Shown piece by piece: positions 10,137 to 18,918 of a stretch of DNA of 64,000 bases (position 1 is its first letter; the number at the start of each line of letters is the position of its first letter). Source of the DNA: a virus. Its lineage: Duplodnaviria > Heunggongvirae > Uroviricota > Caudoviricetes. The notes beneath the pieces are model-generated. The model worked only from the letters and a program-made list of their open reading frames with translations, was not told where the DNA came from and ran no database searches. The position numbers and the translations under genes were made by a program. The stretch is taken from positions 12,364-76,363 of IMG/VR virus record IMGVR_UViG_3300046786_000604; one strand, given 5' to 3'.

Positions 10137-10685
10137 TTATGCCAAGATACTTTGTGCAAACTCCATACCAGATTTATCTAGTGCATTTGCCCATTGTTCT
10201 TTATTATCGGTGTCAAACACTAATTCTGGATCACTTGAAGCAATGCACCAGCTATTTTCGTGTTTATACGGTGATATTCCGTTTATTTCATTCATTAATT
10301 GATGTTCAGCCCATCCACACATACCGGCAATCATCCTCCATTCTTTTGGAGTATCGCCTCTTGATAATCTGGTAAGCATATCTTCTGATGAGCTTAATGA
10401 AAATTGATTATTGATTCGTAAGGTGTTACTAGTACGCCATTCATTAGAATGGATTATACTAAGACTTTTTGGACTTATTGGACCACCAATATAAACGAAT
10501 CCAGGTAGGTCAATTTCTAATCCCAATCGTTCGCCCAGTTCATTTACGGTCACTGGGCTACGTTTATTGATTATCAAACCTATACTACCGTCTCTATGGT
10601 GTTCAGTTACCATTATAACTGTTTTATACCATAAATTGCCTTTTACTGATGGTGGTGCGATTAATAGTTTTCCGATTAAATTCAT
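10137..10685 (-). CDS. YqgE/AlgH-family protein (UPF0301/DUF179)
   Basis: N-terminus LLIAPPSVKGNLWYKTVIMVTEHHRDGSIGLIINKRS matches the AlgH/YqgE family start. Confidence 0.6.
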   Translation of the reverse strand: MNLIGKLLIAPPSVKGNLWYKTVIMVTEHHRDGSIGLIINKRSPVTVNELGERLGLEIDLPGFVYIGGPISPKSLSIIHSNEWRTSNTLRINNQFSLSSSEDMLTRLSRGDTPKEWRMIAGMCGWAEHQLMNEINGISPYKHENSWCIASSDPELVFDTDNKEQWANALDKSGMEFAQSILA

Positions 10686-10697
10686 ATAGTTATTTAA

Positions 10698-11498
10698 CTA
10701 TACAAATCTTGATACAGAATTTTTTACGTCGGCAATAGTAATTGTTCCGTCGTTATTTCTATCTAATCCTTTATTTTGATCGTATACTGCATGTCCACTT
10801 GAACTAATAACATGATTATCATCCTTGCCTAATGCTGCTGGGTAAAATACTGCAATATATAAATCACCAACCCCCATTCCTGGTTTAATTCCAATCATTT
10901 TAAAATATTTGTAAACATAATCAAGTTGTTCAACTGCGGTCATTCTATGCAAATCTTCAACTGATGTGCCCAATCTTCTAGCAGTACTTGGCATAAATTG
11001 AATAAGCCCAGTTGCACCGGATGATTTATTAACTGCTTGTGGATTTACACCTGATTCTTGCTTCATAATTGCAATTAAATCATTAGATTTTACCCCTAAC
11101 TCAGACGAGACTTTTTCAAGTTTCCTATTGAAATCTGGATCTTGAATAATACTAACATCAACATCAACTGATTGCCCACTATCTTTAATATCAGCTTCAG
11201 TACTCTTAGTTAATCTACCCGCGATTTCTGGATTCTCTGCCAATGCAGAATTTAACCCAGTAATGAGTTGTTCATCTGGTTTTCCGGTAGTTGGTAATCC
11301 TAAAGCACCTTGTGCTTTAGCAACAGCAGCTTTAGTATACTTCCCTAAAATCCCATCAACCCCTGGTGGTCCAACATCATAACCGAATGCTACTAATACT
11401 TTTTGTAGATCAGCTACATCAGGTGAGATCATTCTTGTTGGAAGCGATAATGTAAATCCTTCTGCTTCTTTTAAAATTTTAAATTCATAAAATCTCAT
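10698..11498 (-). CDS. peptidoglycan-binding domain + lytic transglycosylase (SLT) lysin
   Basis: N-terminal PG_binding_1-like LQKVLVAFGYDVGPPGVDGILGKYTKAAV; SLT signature ESGVNPQAVNKSSGATGLIQFMPSTA. Confidence 0.65.
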   Translation of the reverse strand: MRFYEFKILKEAEGFTLSLPTRMISPDVADLQKVLVAFGYDVGPPGVDGILGKYTKAAVAKAQGALGLPTTGKPDEQLITGLNSALAENPEIAGRLTKSTEADIKDSGQSVDVDVSIIQDPDFNRKLEKVSSELGVKSNDLIAIMKQESGVNPQAVNKSSGATGLIQFMPSTARRLGTSVEDLHRMTAVEQLDYVYKYFKMIGIKPGMGVGDLYIAVFYPAALGKDDNHVISSSGHAVYDQNKGLDRNNDGTITIADVKNSVSRFV

Positions 11499-11851
11499 TA
11501 GTTACCTTTCCACTTTGGTAATGGCCCACCATAATCACTAGCTTTGACTAATTTACCTTTAATACTTTTTGGTTTTGATTCACCACCGGTTTTGAATTTA
11601 CGTTTGGTATCGCGTTTTCTCAATCCTTGTGCTTTACAAGATGAAAGCTGGCTAGCACCTAGTTCTTTATCGGTTTTTTTAGATAAACACAATTTTCTGG
11701 ATGCTTTTCCTGCTTCGTCTAATTCAATTTCTTCATCAACCTTGTAAGGTGCTACTGGTTTGTGTCCACGTGGATCGCGGCTACCCTCTCTTACTTTTCT
11801 TTTTGGTTCTACACCAATTTTTTCTTCTGATAAAATTTCACTTATACGCAT
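11498..11851 (-). CDS. hypothetical Lys/Arg-rich protein
   Basis: Basic low-complexity 117-aa ORF, 1-nt overlap with the downstream gene. Confidence 0.4.
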   Translation of the reverse strand: MRISEILSEEKIGVEPKRKVREGSRDPRGHKPVAPYKVDEEIELDEAGKASRKLCLSKKTDKELGASQLSSCKAQGLRKRDTKRKFKTGGESKPKSIKGKLVKASDYGGPLPKWKGN

Positions 11852-11878
11852 GATTAAATCCTTAATATCATGTATTTA

Positions 11879-12691
11879 TTATATTCCTCGATCAATCCAA
11901 TCATATACCGATGCCCATTTTCTTCTACCAATCGTAGATTTCAACAAAGTTAAATCGGCCTTCGTATTATACTGTTCTGTATTTTTAGGTTCAACTAGTT
12001 CTAATGGGACATCTTCTTGGAATGCGATTTCTTCGGCAATGTCCAAGTATGAGTGTGATAATCCAGTCCCAACATTCCAAATACCAGACCCATTCACTTG
12101 TTTAATAAAATCAATATGTAATTTACATACATCACCTACCCATACCCAATCACGTTTAATACGATGTGCATTGCCCCAGACGGTTATTTTACCCTCTGTT
12201 TTAGCTTGTTCTCTCCATCTACAAATAATATCAGTATGTGCCCCCTTTGTATGCATATATCGCCCGTATACATTAAAATATCTGAATCCTTGGACATAAA
12301 TATTTTGTTGTTGTTGAAACACCCATCTATCAAATAGGTATTTTGACCAAGCATATGCAGTATGTGGATGACATGGAGCAAACTCTGAAAAATCATTAGA
12401 GTTGCCATATACTGCACACGTACTTGCATATTGCATATGTACTTTATTCAAGTTACATTCATTAAACAACCATTGACTAAATTCATAGTTTTTATATATT
12501 ATTGTATCAACATCGGTGTCACTTGTATCAGTGACTGCGCCTAAATGTATCACCCATTTATAATTTTTAACATCTGGGAAATTGTTTGGGTCCCACGTCC
12601 ATGTATCAATTTCCCAGAATTCTTCTTGATTTAACCAGTCTAACATATTACGACCAATGAAACCTGCTGAACCGGTTACTAATATTCTCAT
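11879..12691 (-). CDS. hldD: NAD-dependent sugar-nucleotide epimerase, ADP-L-glycero-D-manno-heptose 6-epimerase (HldD/RfaD)-like
   Basis: VTGSAGFIGRN Rossmann motif; YAWSKYLFDRWV and FRYFNVYGRY..KRDWVWVGDV..GIWNVGTGLSHSY align with HldD blocks. Confidence 0.6.
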   Translation of the reverse strand: MRILVTGSAGFIGRNMLDWLNQEEFWEIDTWTWDPNNFPDVKNYKWVIHLGAVTDTSDTDVDTIIYKNYEFSQWLFNECNLNKVHMQYASTCAVYGNSNDFSEFAPCHPHTAYAWSKYLFDRWVFQQQQNIYVQGFRYFNVYGRYMHTKGAHTDIICRWREQAKTEGKITVWGNAHRIKRDWVWVGDVCKLHIDFIKQVNGSGIWNVGTGLSHSYLDIAEEIAFQEDVPLELVEPKNTEQYNTKADLTLLKSTIGRRKWASVYDWIDRGI

Positions 12692-12697
12692 AAATAC

Positions 12698-13342
12698 CTA
12701 TGTAGTTTTATCATTAAAATCAAATAATGGTGTGTCCAATGGTTCTGATTTTTTAGGTTTTGGTTCTTTCTTAGGTTTTGGTTCTTTCTTAGGTTTTGGT
12801 TCTTTCTTAGGTTTTGGTTCTTTCTTAGGTTTTGGCTCAGGAATTGGATCTGGATCAATAACTTGTTCATAGAATTTATAATTGTATTTTACACCATTTG
12901 CACAAACTATATTTGTTATAGTACTATTTACTTCGAATATAGCTGTTACAGCTTCATGTTTCCAATCGGCAGGTATATCATCATCCATTAGTATTTTTAT
13001 ATCGTCTTTTGATACAAGATATAATCGTTTAATACATTCAATACAATTATCTAGCATTATATCAACACCAAAAATTGTAGACAGTGCGATATCATGACTT
13101 ATACCATTTTTCATTTTAAGAATTAAGGCAGCAACCAAAAATTGCCCATCACCACAGGTTGGATCGATAAATGTTTTAGTATCATCTGTAAACAGTTCTA
13201 CTGGGAATTTGTTTAAGATTTCTTCTACCAAGTCCGATGGTGTAAAGATTTCACCAGTTTGTTTGGTTCGTTCGTTATCCCTATCCACTCCTGACATATG
13301 TTCACGGGAATGGTACTCTTCTATTAATTTATTTAATATCAT
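12698..13342 (-). CDS. methyltransferase-like protein (motif X/I only) with C-terminal (PKKEPK)n repeat tail
   Basis: GEIFTPSDLVEEIL...FIDPTCGDGQFLV resembles N6-adenine MTase motifs X and I. No NPPY motif. Ends with EPKPKKEPKPKKEPKPKKEPKPKKEPKPKK. Confidence 0.5.
   Translation of the reverse strand: MILNKLIEEYHSREHMSGVDRDNERTKQTGEIFTPSDLVEEILNKFPVELFTDDTKTFIDPTCGDGQFLVAALILKMKNGISHDIALSTIFGVDIMLDNCIECIKRLYLVSKDDIKILMDDDIPADWKHEAVTAIFEVNSTITNIVCANGVKYNYKFYEQVIDPDPIPEPKPKKEPKPKKEPKPKKEPKPKKEPKPKKSEPLDTPLFDFNDKTT
12757..12850. repeat. about 5 x 18-bp tandem repeat (ggttttggttctttctta) inside CDS 12698..13342
   Basis: Direct tandem copies encoding the PKKEPK tail; the opposite strand gives a spurious GFGSFL ORF. 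Confidence 0.85.
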
Positions 13343-14429
13343 TATATGAAATATTTTTAACCATTTGAATATTTAACCATCCACTAAATCTACATGCGGT
13401 ATTTAACAGTGATTTAATGCTAATAAGTCTTTCCCTAATTGCATTCGCACCCTCTATTGTAGATGGGTATATATATAGAAATAACCCCGCATTTTCATGT
13501 CCCCCAGTAGGTTTAGTGTCACCATCAAGAATTTGAATACTTTCAACCGTTATTTTTCTAGTCATTGGTATACATACTCTTAATTTAGGTGTATTACGTT
13601 GATCAACAATGAATGCACCTAAATTATTAGTGAAATCAATTTCATGACTGAACTCATCAGTGTTTACCTTATTGTGTAAAAACCCCAATGAAGTATCAAT
13701 GTTATTAGAAAACACCAATCCGTCGTTTTTAGATTTATCAACTATTACGTACCCAAAAGAAGAACCAACAGTTGGAAAGTATTGTTTTACCGAATCAATA
13801 TTAGCATATGACGAATATTGATTAAACACATTCCATAACTTGTTTTCTTTATTAGGCCCAATACGATAAATCCCTACTAAATCTCTACTAGGACTAATCC
13901 ATGTAGTGGGAGTAATCAATCCAATCACACCGTCATCTTTTGATAGATCCTTGATTGCTACTGACCAGAACTTAGACCATAGATTACTTGCTTTATCCTT
14001 TCTTTTACCATCCTTAGTTATTTCTTGAAATGGTGGGTTACCCGCTATTGCGTCAAATTTCATAATTATATCATCCTTGATATTTTGAAGTCTTTGTCTA
14101 AACTCAATACTGTAATAGGTTAGTGAGCTTATATTTTTACCTGAGAACATCGCTATAAAATCAGTCGAATCCAGGACTTCATATGTTCCGACTAATTTGT
14201 GTGTCTTTTTAGCATTATTCATTGCCATTGAAGTTTCAAAGAACCCAAATGTAGTAGCACGAATTTCATCATCTGACAATCCCGCTGCTCTTTTTTGCTC
14301 TTCAACTACACTTACAAATTGCCCAGTTCCGGCAACTGGGTCTAAAAAATTTCCATGAATATGATGTCCATTAAAGCCTTTTAAAATTTCCATAACAAGA
14401 GCTTCAAATTGTGTTTTATTGCGTACCAT
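13329..14429 (-). CDS. N6-adenine DNA methyltransferase (gamma-class motif order)
   Basis: Motif I FLDPVAGTGQF followed by motif IV AIAGNPPFQE; C-terminal putative target-recognition region. Confidence 0.65.
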   Translation of the reverse strand: MVRNKTQFEALVMEILKGFNGHHIHGNFLDPVAGTGQFVSVVEEQKRAAGLSDDEIRATTFGFFETSMAMNNAKKTHKLVGTYEVLDSTDFIAMFSGKNISSLTYYSIEFRQRLQNIKDDIIMKFDAIAGNPPFQEITKDGKRKDKASNLWSKFWSVAIKDLSKDDGVIGLITPTTWISPSRDLVGIYRIGPNKENKLWNVFNQYSSYANIDSVKQYFPTVGSSFGYVIVDKSKNDGLVFSNNIDTSLGFLHNKVNTDEFSHEIDFTNNLGAFIVDQRNTPKLRVCIPMTRKITVESIQILDGDTKPTGGHENAGLFLYIYPSTIEGANAIRERLISIKSLLNTACRFSGWLNIQMVKNISYNDIK

Positions 14430-14530
14430 TTATATATCCTTATAATCATGGTATTGGTATTATCGTATTTCTATCAGCCAACCATGGCTTGATAAAATTT
14501 TCCTGAATCTATCCTGATTTCAGGCATGTT

Positions 14531-14557
14531 TTCTATCAAGTCGTCCTGACTTGATAG
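14531..14557 (-). terminator. perfect 11-bp palindromic hairpin between helicase-like gene and methyltransferase (terminator or regulatory site)
   Basis: tctatcaagtc-gtcct-gacttgataga; no strong U-tract, so its function is uncertain. Confidence 0.3.
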
Positions 14558-14576
14558 AAATACGGGTTATTTCATC

Positions 14577-16877
14577 CTAAACTTTTAGGTCTAATAAATC
14601 TTTATTAATTACACCTAATGTAAATAGTTCATCAATTAACTCAAACTCTATATTGTATTCGAGTTTAAATTCATTCCTTACTACTTCATTGTTTCTATAA
14701 AAGTCCAATGCATCATCAATATTATTGATATCACCGGTACTATCACACCCATCTACCATGAAATCGATGTTTTCAGCAACACATGCGATCACTTCTCTTA
14801 CCTTGGAGATAATGTCTTTTGGGTCAGTGCTATCATCTGGTTTATTTGAGTTGCCCTTGACCGGTTTAATTACAGGCATAGCTGTTTTACCTTTTGATAC
14901 TGAAGCAGTTTTAGCAATTTTTAATGCTTCTAAGTCACGTATCGCAATTGCTGCAAGTTGATCTTCATTTAAGATATCTAAATTTGCAGTTTTTCCAATG
15001 ATTCTACTTCTACGATTGAAGCTGATAAATTGTTCTAAGTATTCATCAATTTCAATCTTGATACGGTCACCATCCTCTGATGATTTATAGATATCAATCG
15101 TTTTCAATACATTACGCAATGCATTTTTCAATCCACACCCATTATTTTTAGCTTGGCTTTTGGCTGTTTCTAATATCATCGCATCAAATTTATCATCGCG
15201 ATTTGGATCAAAACTTAATGAAATAATTCTAGCTAATGTTTTATTCATACCAGCTGTCAATGCACGACTGATGCGCTGTGTAGTAGTTCCAGCATCACCG
15301 TTATCATATGCCAAGTACAATTCTGAAATTTGTGGAATAGAAAAACTACGTTGAGCCATCTGGACCGCTAATATTAATGAGTGTTTATTACTCATTGATG
15401 CCTTTTCGATTTCTTCTTTAACGAATACCTCGGCATCGGCACCTTTCATACCATCCGCACCATAAACCATTGAAATTCTATAGCCTGGTAAGGTATCTTC
15501 GGCAATACTGGCTAATTCTTTCAAGTTTTTATTAGAAGTATTGTTAGGGAAGAACATCATTGCCACTCGCTTACCTTCATCTGCGGTGCGTTCAGTAATT
15601 AAGTCAACATTTAAATTATCATAATCACCATCCATAAATAAACTTCTTAATGTTTTAACCAAGAACCGTTTAGCCTTAACTGGTTTAGCTACAGTTTTAC
15701 CCCAAGATGGTAAAAATACACCACCATCATCAAATACGTCTGGTTCATTGATTTTAGTATCTTCAACTGGTCCAGCTAAATCTAATTGATAGAATTCTGC
15801 ATCTACTACTGATTTTGTTCTTTCTGGATCAACTGTAAAATACTTTAATGTTGTATCATATGAGGGACGAACTGTACGTTTTTCAATAAGTAATTCTGGG
15901 TACACAACTGTATCAACAAAATCAATTTTCCACGCACTTGCCGCTCGATCAGGATTGGTGCCAGTCATAAGAATTACAACATCATCTGGTTGTTGTGCAT
16001 CAATCATAGCCATTGCTTGTCCAGACCGATGCGCCCCGAAATCAGCTTCATCAATAAATGTCAATCTATCGACATCTAACCCATACAGATAGTCAATACG
16101 ATCTTGTCTTAATGAACCTGGGCACAATGAAAGAAATGCAACCACTTGCTTACCATTAGTTAATGCATCATCAATTAACGATTGATAATTCCTAACTGAT
16201 GTTTCCACGAATACAATATCTTTAAATTGTTCATAACCCGCTAGTTCATTTCTGATACTAGTACCAGCCGTAAGAACGTAGCTGGAATATATAGTTAGTG
16301 GAATACCAGCTTCCTTAACGATAGATGCTGACCAAATTGTTTTTCCAAATCTCGCACAGAATTCCGCCAACAATACTTGTTTACCTTGTATGATTTTATC
16401 AAGGAACAACTCGGCTTTTTCTGCTTGTAGTACATTCAACGATGCAGTTGGCAATGGTTGACCAGCCTCGTAAAGAAACTTATCTACTCTATATTTAATT
16501 TCATCGACTGGAAGATCATGCCATTCCCGAGAGTTTGGTTTAATATGTCCAATATGCGGTCTGATGTAATCATCGATATAGATATGAGATTCTCTAAATT
16601 TACCAGTCTTAATGGCTAGATCAGTTACATCCCATACACCAAAGCAACCAGCTGTACCATTTTTCCATTTATGATGACTAGTGGTCAATTGTTCTTTAAT
16701 ACGATCAGATACACCATTTAATGGATCTTCGCCTGCTGGAACATAAGTTTCACCTACTTTACCATCTACATCTGGGTTTTCACTAAAAATATAGATGAAA
16801 ACCCGTGAGTTAACTGGATCTATACTAAATTTATAATCATTAACGCCTTTAACTAGTCCTGTAACTAATTGTGCCAT
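14577..16877 (-). CDS. P-loop NTPase / SF2 helicase-like protein (766 aa)
   Basis: Walker A AEFCARFGKT, DEAD box FIDEADF, TGT motif ILMTGTNPD. Start set at MAQLVTGL (ATG 16877, AAGGAA RBS) because the longer ORF start overlaps the promoter -10. Confidence 0.5.
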   Translation of the reverse strand: MAQLVTGLVKGVNDYKFSIDPVNSRVFIYIFSENPDVDGKVGETYVPAGEDPLNGVSDRIKEQLTTSHHKWKNGTAGCFGVWDVTDLAIKTGKFRESHIYIDDYIRPHIGHIKPNSREWHDLPVDEIKYRVDKFLYEAGQPLPTASLNVLQAEKAELFLDKIIQGKQVLLAEFCARFGKTIWSASIVKEAGIPLTIYSSYVLTAGTSIRNELAGYEQFKDIVFVETSVRNYQSLIDDALTNGKQVVAFLSLCPGSLRQDRIDYLYGLDVDRLTFIDEADFGAHRSGQAMAMIDAQQPDDVVILMTGTNPDRAASAWKIDFVDTVVYPELLIEKRTVRPSYDTTLKYFTVDPERTKSVVDAEFYQLDLAGPVEDTKINEPDVFDDGGVFLPSWGKTVAKPVKAKRFLVKTLRSLFMDGDYDNLNVDLITERTADEGKRVAMMFFPNNTSNKNLKELASIAEDTLPGYRISMVYGADGMKGADAEVFVKEEIEKASMSNKHSLILAVQMAQRSFSIPQISELYLAYDNGDAGTTTQRISRALTAGMNKTLARIISLSFDPNRDDKFDAMILETAKSQAKNNGCGLKNALRNVLKTIDIYKSSEDGDRIKIEIDEYLEQFISFNRRSRIIGKTANLDILNEDQLAAIAIRDLEALKIAKTASVSKGKTAMPVIKPVKGNSNKPDDSTDPKDIISKVREVIACVAENIDFMVDGCDSTGDINNIDDALDFYRNNEVVRNEFKLEYNIEFELIDELFTLGVINKDLLDLKV

Positions 16878-16909
16878 AAAATTCCTTGAACTATTGTTGA
16901 GAAAGACCA

Positions 16910-16938
16910 ATTATATCGTTTTACATCGAATCTGTCAA
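16910..16938 (-). promoter_or_regulatory. sigma70-type promoter (TTGACA-17-TATAAT) for helicase-like/MTase operon
   Basis: Minus strand reads TTGACAgattcgatgtaaaacgaTATAAT. Confidence 0.55.
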
Positions 16939-16950
16939 GATTTATTTCTC

Positions 16951-16979
16951 TTGACATACCTTCAGCTACCTTGTATAAT
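16951..16979 (+). promoter_or_regulatory. sigma70-type promoter (TTGACA-17-TATAAT) for the plus-strand small-ORF array; divergent partner of 16910..16938
   Basis: TTGACAtaccttcagctaccttgTATAAT, 29 nt upstream of ATG 17008. Confidence 0.6.
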
Positions 16980-17007
16980 GCACTCATTCTATCACACTTA
17001 TTTTAAT

Positions 17008-17313
17008 ATGAAAACAACAATTACAAAACTAGACAGGCGGCATACCGGTTATCAACACTTTAATTATATGGCTGTTCCAAAATGGCAGCAAAACTGGAAT
17101 CATGTTGATTTGACTGATACACATCGATTAATGAGACAATGGTGCTGGGAAACATTTGGTCCAAGTTGTGAATATGATGAATACCGCTCACTTTTTGGTC
17201 ATCGAGATATTAATACCAGATGGTGTTGGTTAGCGAGTGCAGAACGCCGTTCTCCGCGTATTTTAATTCAATCTGAAGAAGATAAAAACTGGTTTGTGTT
17301 GAGGTGGTCATGA
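17008..17313 (+). CDS. WF-LRWS family small protein (paralog 1)
   Basis: MKTTITKL...QWCWETFG...EEDKNWFVLRWS; TGA overlaps the next ATG. Confidence 0.6.
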   Translation: MKTTITKLDRRHTGYQHFNYMAVPKWQQNWNHVDLTDTHRLMRQWCWETFGPSCEYDEYRSLFGHRDINTRWCWLASAERRSPRILIQSEEDKNWFVLRWS

Positions 17314-17591
17314 TTAAAGTCAAGTTGAAAAAATATCACATATCAGAATTCGAACTCTTTACTCCAAAATATTACGAATTATTGACAACTTATAAAGAAA
17401 TGAAGCAATGGTGTCGTGATACTTATGGCAAAGGCTATGACGATGCTACTAGAAAATGGTGTTGGCGAAGTGGAGTAAACTCCGAAGAAGTAGAAAATGA
17501 TGACTATAATACCTATATGATGGTGAAGTATGTGGTATTTTTCTTCACTAGTGAGGAACATGCGAGTTGGTTTTTAATGAGATGGGGTTAA
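17310..17591 (+). CDS. WF-LRWS family small protein
   Basis: KQWCRDTYG...SEEHASWFLMRWG; ATGA overlap at the start. Confidence 0.6.
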   Translation: MIKVKLKKYHISEFELFTPKYYELLTTYKEMKQWCRDTYGKGYDDATRKWCWRSGVNSEEVENDDYNTYMMVKYVVFFFTSEEHASWFLMRWG

Positions 17592-17592
17592 T

Positions 17593-17772
17593 ATGTTATT
17601 TGACGTGTCTGATTTTCCTAAATTTATAAGTTATGCTGAAAAAAATTATCCGCCTTTTACTCATATGACCACTATACTTATAGCTGCCGGGTATAAATCA
17701 TCCCGGTTCGCGGATGCAGATTGGTATATGGATGATATCGAATATACACATTTTGTTTTGAGGTGGTCATGA
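17593..17772 (+). CDS. WF-LRWS family small protein (59 aa, below ORF-track cutoff)
   Basis: MLFDVSDFPKF...DIEYTHFVLRWS; ends ttgaggtggtcaTGA. Confidence 0.5.
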   Translation: MLFDVSDFPKFISYAEKNYPPFTHMTTILIAAGYKSSRFADADWYMDDIEYTHFVLRWS

Positions 17773-17975
17773 GAACTCTCATAATAACCCAAGATTCATT
17801 TCTTGATAACAAATTTTTAGATATGTGGGAAAATGATAATGACCCTAGAAATTGGGCTGATTTCATTAAAAGTTTAGATAATAACATCATGACTGTGGGT
17901 TTTAGAAATCAAACAACTACAATTCAATTTACCAATGAATCACATAAAACTTGGTTCTTAATGAGGTATGCATGA
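17769..17975 (+). CDS. WF-LRWS family small protein
   Basis: ...FTNESHKTWFLMRYA; ATGA overlaps at both ends. Confidence 0.55.
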   Translation: MRTLIITQDSFLDNKFLDMWENDNDPRNWADFIKSLDNNIMTVGFRNQTTTIQFTNESHKTWFLMRYA

Positions 17976-18220
17976 GTCAAAAATTAGGATGGAAAAAGAA
18001 ATACCCGTTTAAAGCTACTATAAAAAGTGATAATGTAGAAGCGTCAGCATGGTTAAGATCACAGTTTGGGCATGATTATTTAACGCTATCGTCCGGTAGA
18101 AGGCTAGTACTCAATAGAAAAGACCGGGTATGGGCGTTTGAGAAATGGGAGTATACTGGTTCTACATATGGGTTTGCCACAGAAGAACATAAAACTTGGT
18201 TTTTAATGAGATGGGGATGA
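17972..18220 (+). CDS. WF-LRWS family small protein
   Basis: MSQKLGW...FATEEHKTWFLMRWG. Confidence 0.55.
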   Translation: MSQKLGWKKKYPFKATIKSDNVEASAWLRSQFGHDYLTLSSGRRLVLNRKDRVWAFEKWEYTGSTYGFATEEHKTWFLMRWG

Positions 18221-18221
18221 T

Positions 18222-18428
18222 ATGAGAATAAAGAAAATGCCATTTGAAAAGAATAGCTTTATTCTAAGTGAAAACAAAGGTGAGCGTTCGGTATCTAAGC
18301 AAGAACAACATAGCCTTGTAGAATGGATGGAACAGAAAAATATGAGATATATCTTAACTGGTAATATCTTAACTTTACCACGAGAAGAAGATCAAACCAT
18401 ATTTATATTACGATGGATGACTGAATAA
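18222..18428 (+). CDS. WF-LRWS family small protein (divergent)
   Basis: ...EEDQTIFILRWMTE. Confidence 0.45.
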   Translation: MRIKKMPFEKNSFILSENKGERSVSKQEQHSLVEWMEQKNMRYILTGNILTLPREEDQTIFILRWMTE

Positions 18429-18438
18429 AAGGACAACA

Positions 18439-18918
18439 ATGGACAAGGAAGACCGTAAAAAGGATCGGGAAGATCTATTAAACACAATAAAAGAAAATGC
18501 AGAAAAGTGGATTAGTGGTGATAAACCAGAACCCGTTGTCACTTCATTTTCATCAGTAATAATGCCAATGATTAGAAAAGTTATGCCACAAATGATAGCA
18601 AGTCAACTAACAGGAGTTCAACCAATGACTGGTCCATCTGGTATGGTTTATAATATGGGTTCTATCTTTGACACAATTTTAACCACTCGTGTTGAACAAG
18701 TAGCAGTTAATGGCGAAGAAATTGATTACTATGCCATTAAAATCCCATATGGATATTTTGATAAGCACGATGTATCAGCTGATGATATTCATCAATGGTG
18801 TATTGACACGTATAGTACAGATATCGATGATAGAAGATGGTATGTGCGTGGTTCGATGACTTATCTATTCAGAACTGAAGAAGATCGCAATTGGTTTTTA
18901 TTAAGGTGGAGTTCATGA
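18439..18918 (+). CDS. WF-LRWS family protein (159 aa)
   Basis: AAGGA RBS; HQWCIDTYS...FRTEEDRNWFLLRWSS. Confidence 0.6.
   Translation: MDKEDRKKDREDLLNTIKENAEKWISGDKPEPVVTSFSSVIMPMIRKVMPQMIASQLTGVQPMTGPSGMVYNMGSIFDTILTTRVEQVAVNGEEIDYYAIKIPYGYFDKHDVSADDIHQWCIDTYSTDIDDRRWYVRGSMTYLFRTEEDRNWFLLRWSS

Noticed and set aside
12657-12872. Plus-strand ORF encoding GFGSFL repeats (and the minus ORF 12688..12870 with NQNLRK repeats)
   Set aside because: These are alternative-frame and opposite-strand readings of the 18-bp tandem repeat that sits in frame within the MTase-like gene 12698..13342. They are artefacts of the repeat.
14577-16910. 777-aa ORF start at 16910, and the idea that this is the large terminase
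   Set aside because: The longer start overlaps the -10 of its own promoter, so the start was moved to ATG 16877, which has a good RBS. A terminase call was not adopted. The gene sits in an early, promoter-driven accessory operon next to methyltransferases and far from the structural genes, and the C-terminal domain shows no clear terminase nuclease motifs. It cannot be excluded without profile searches.
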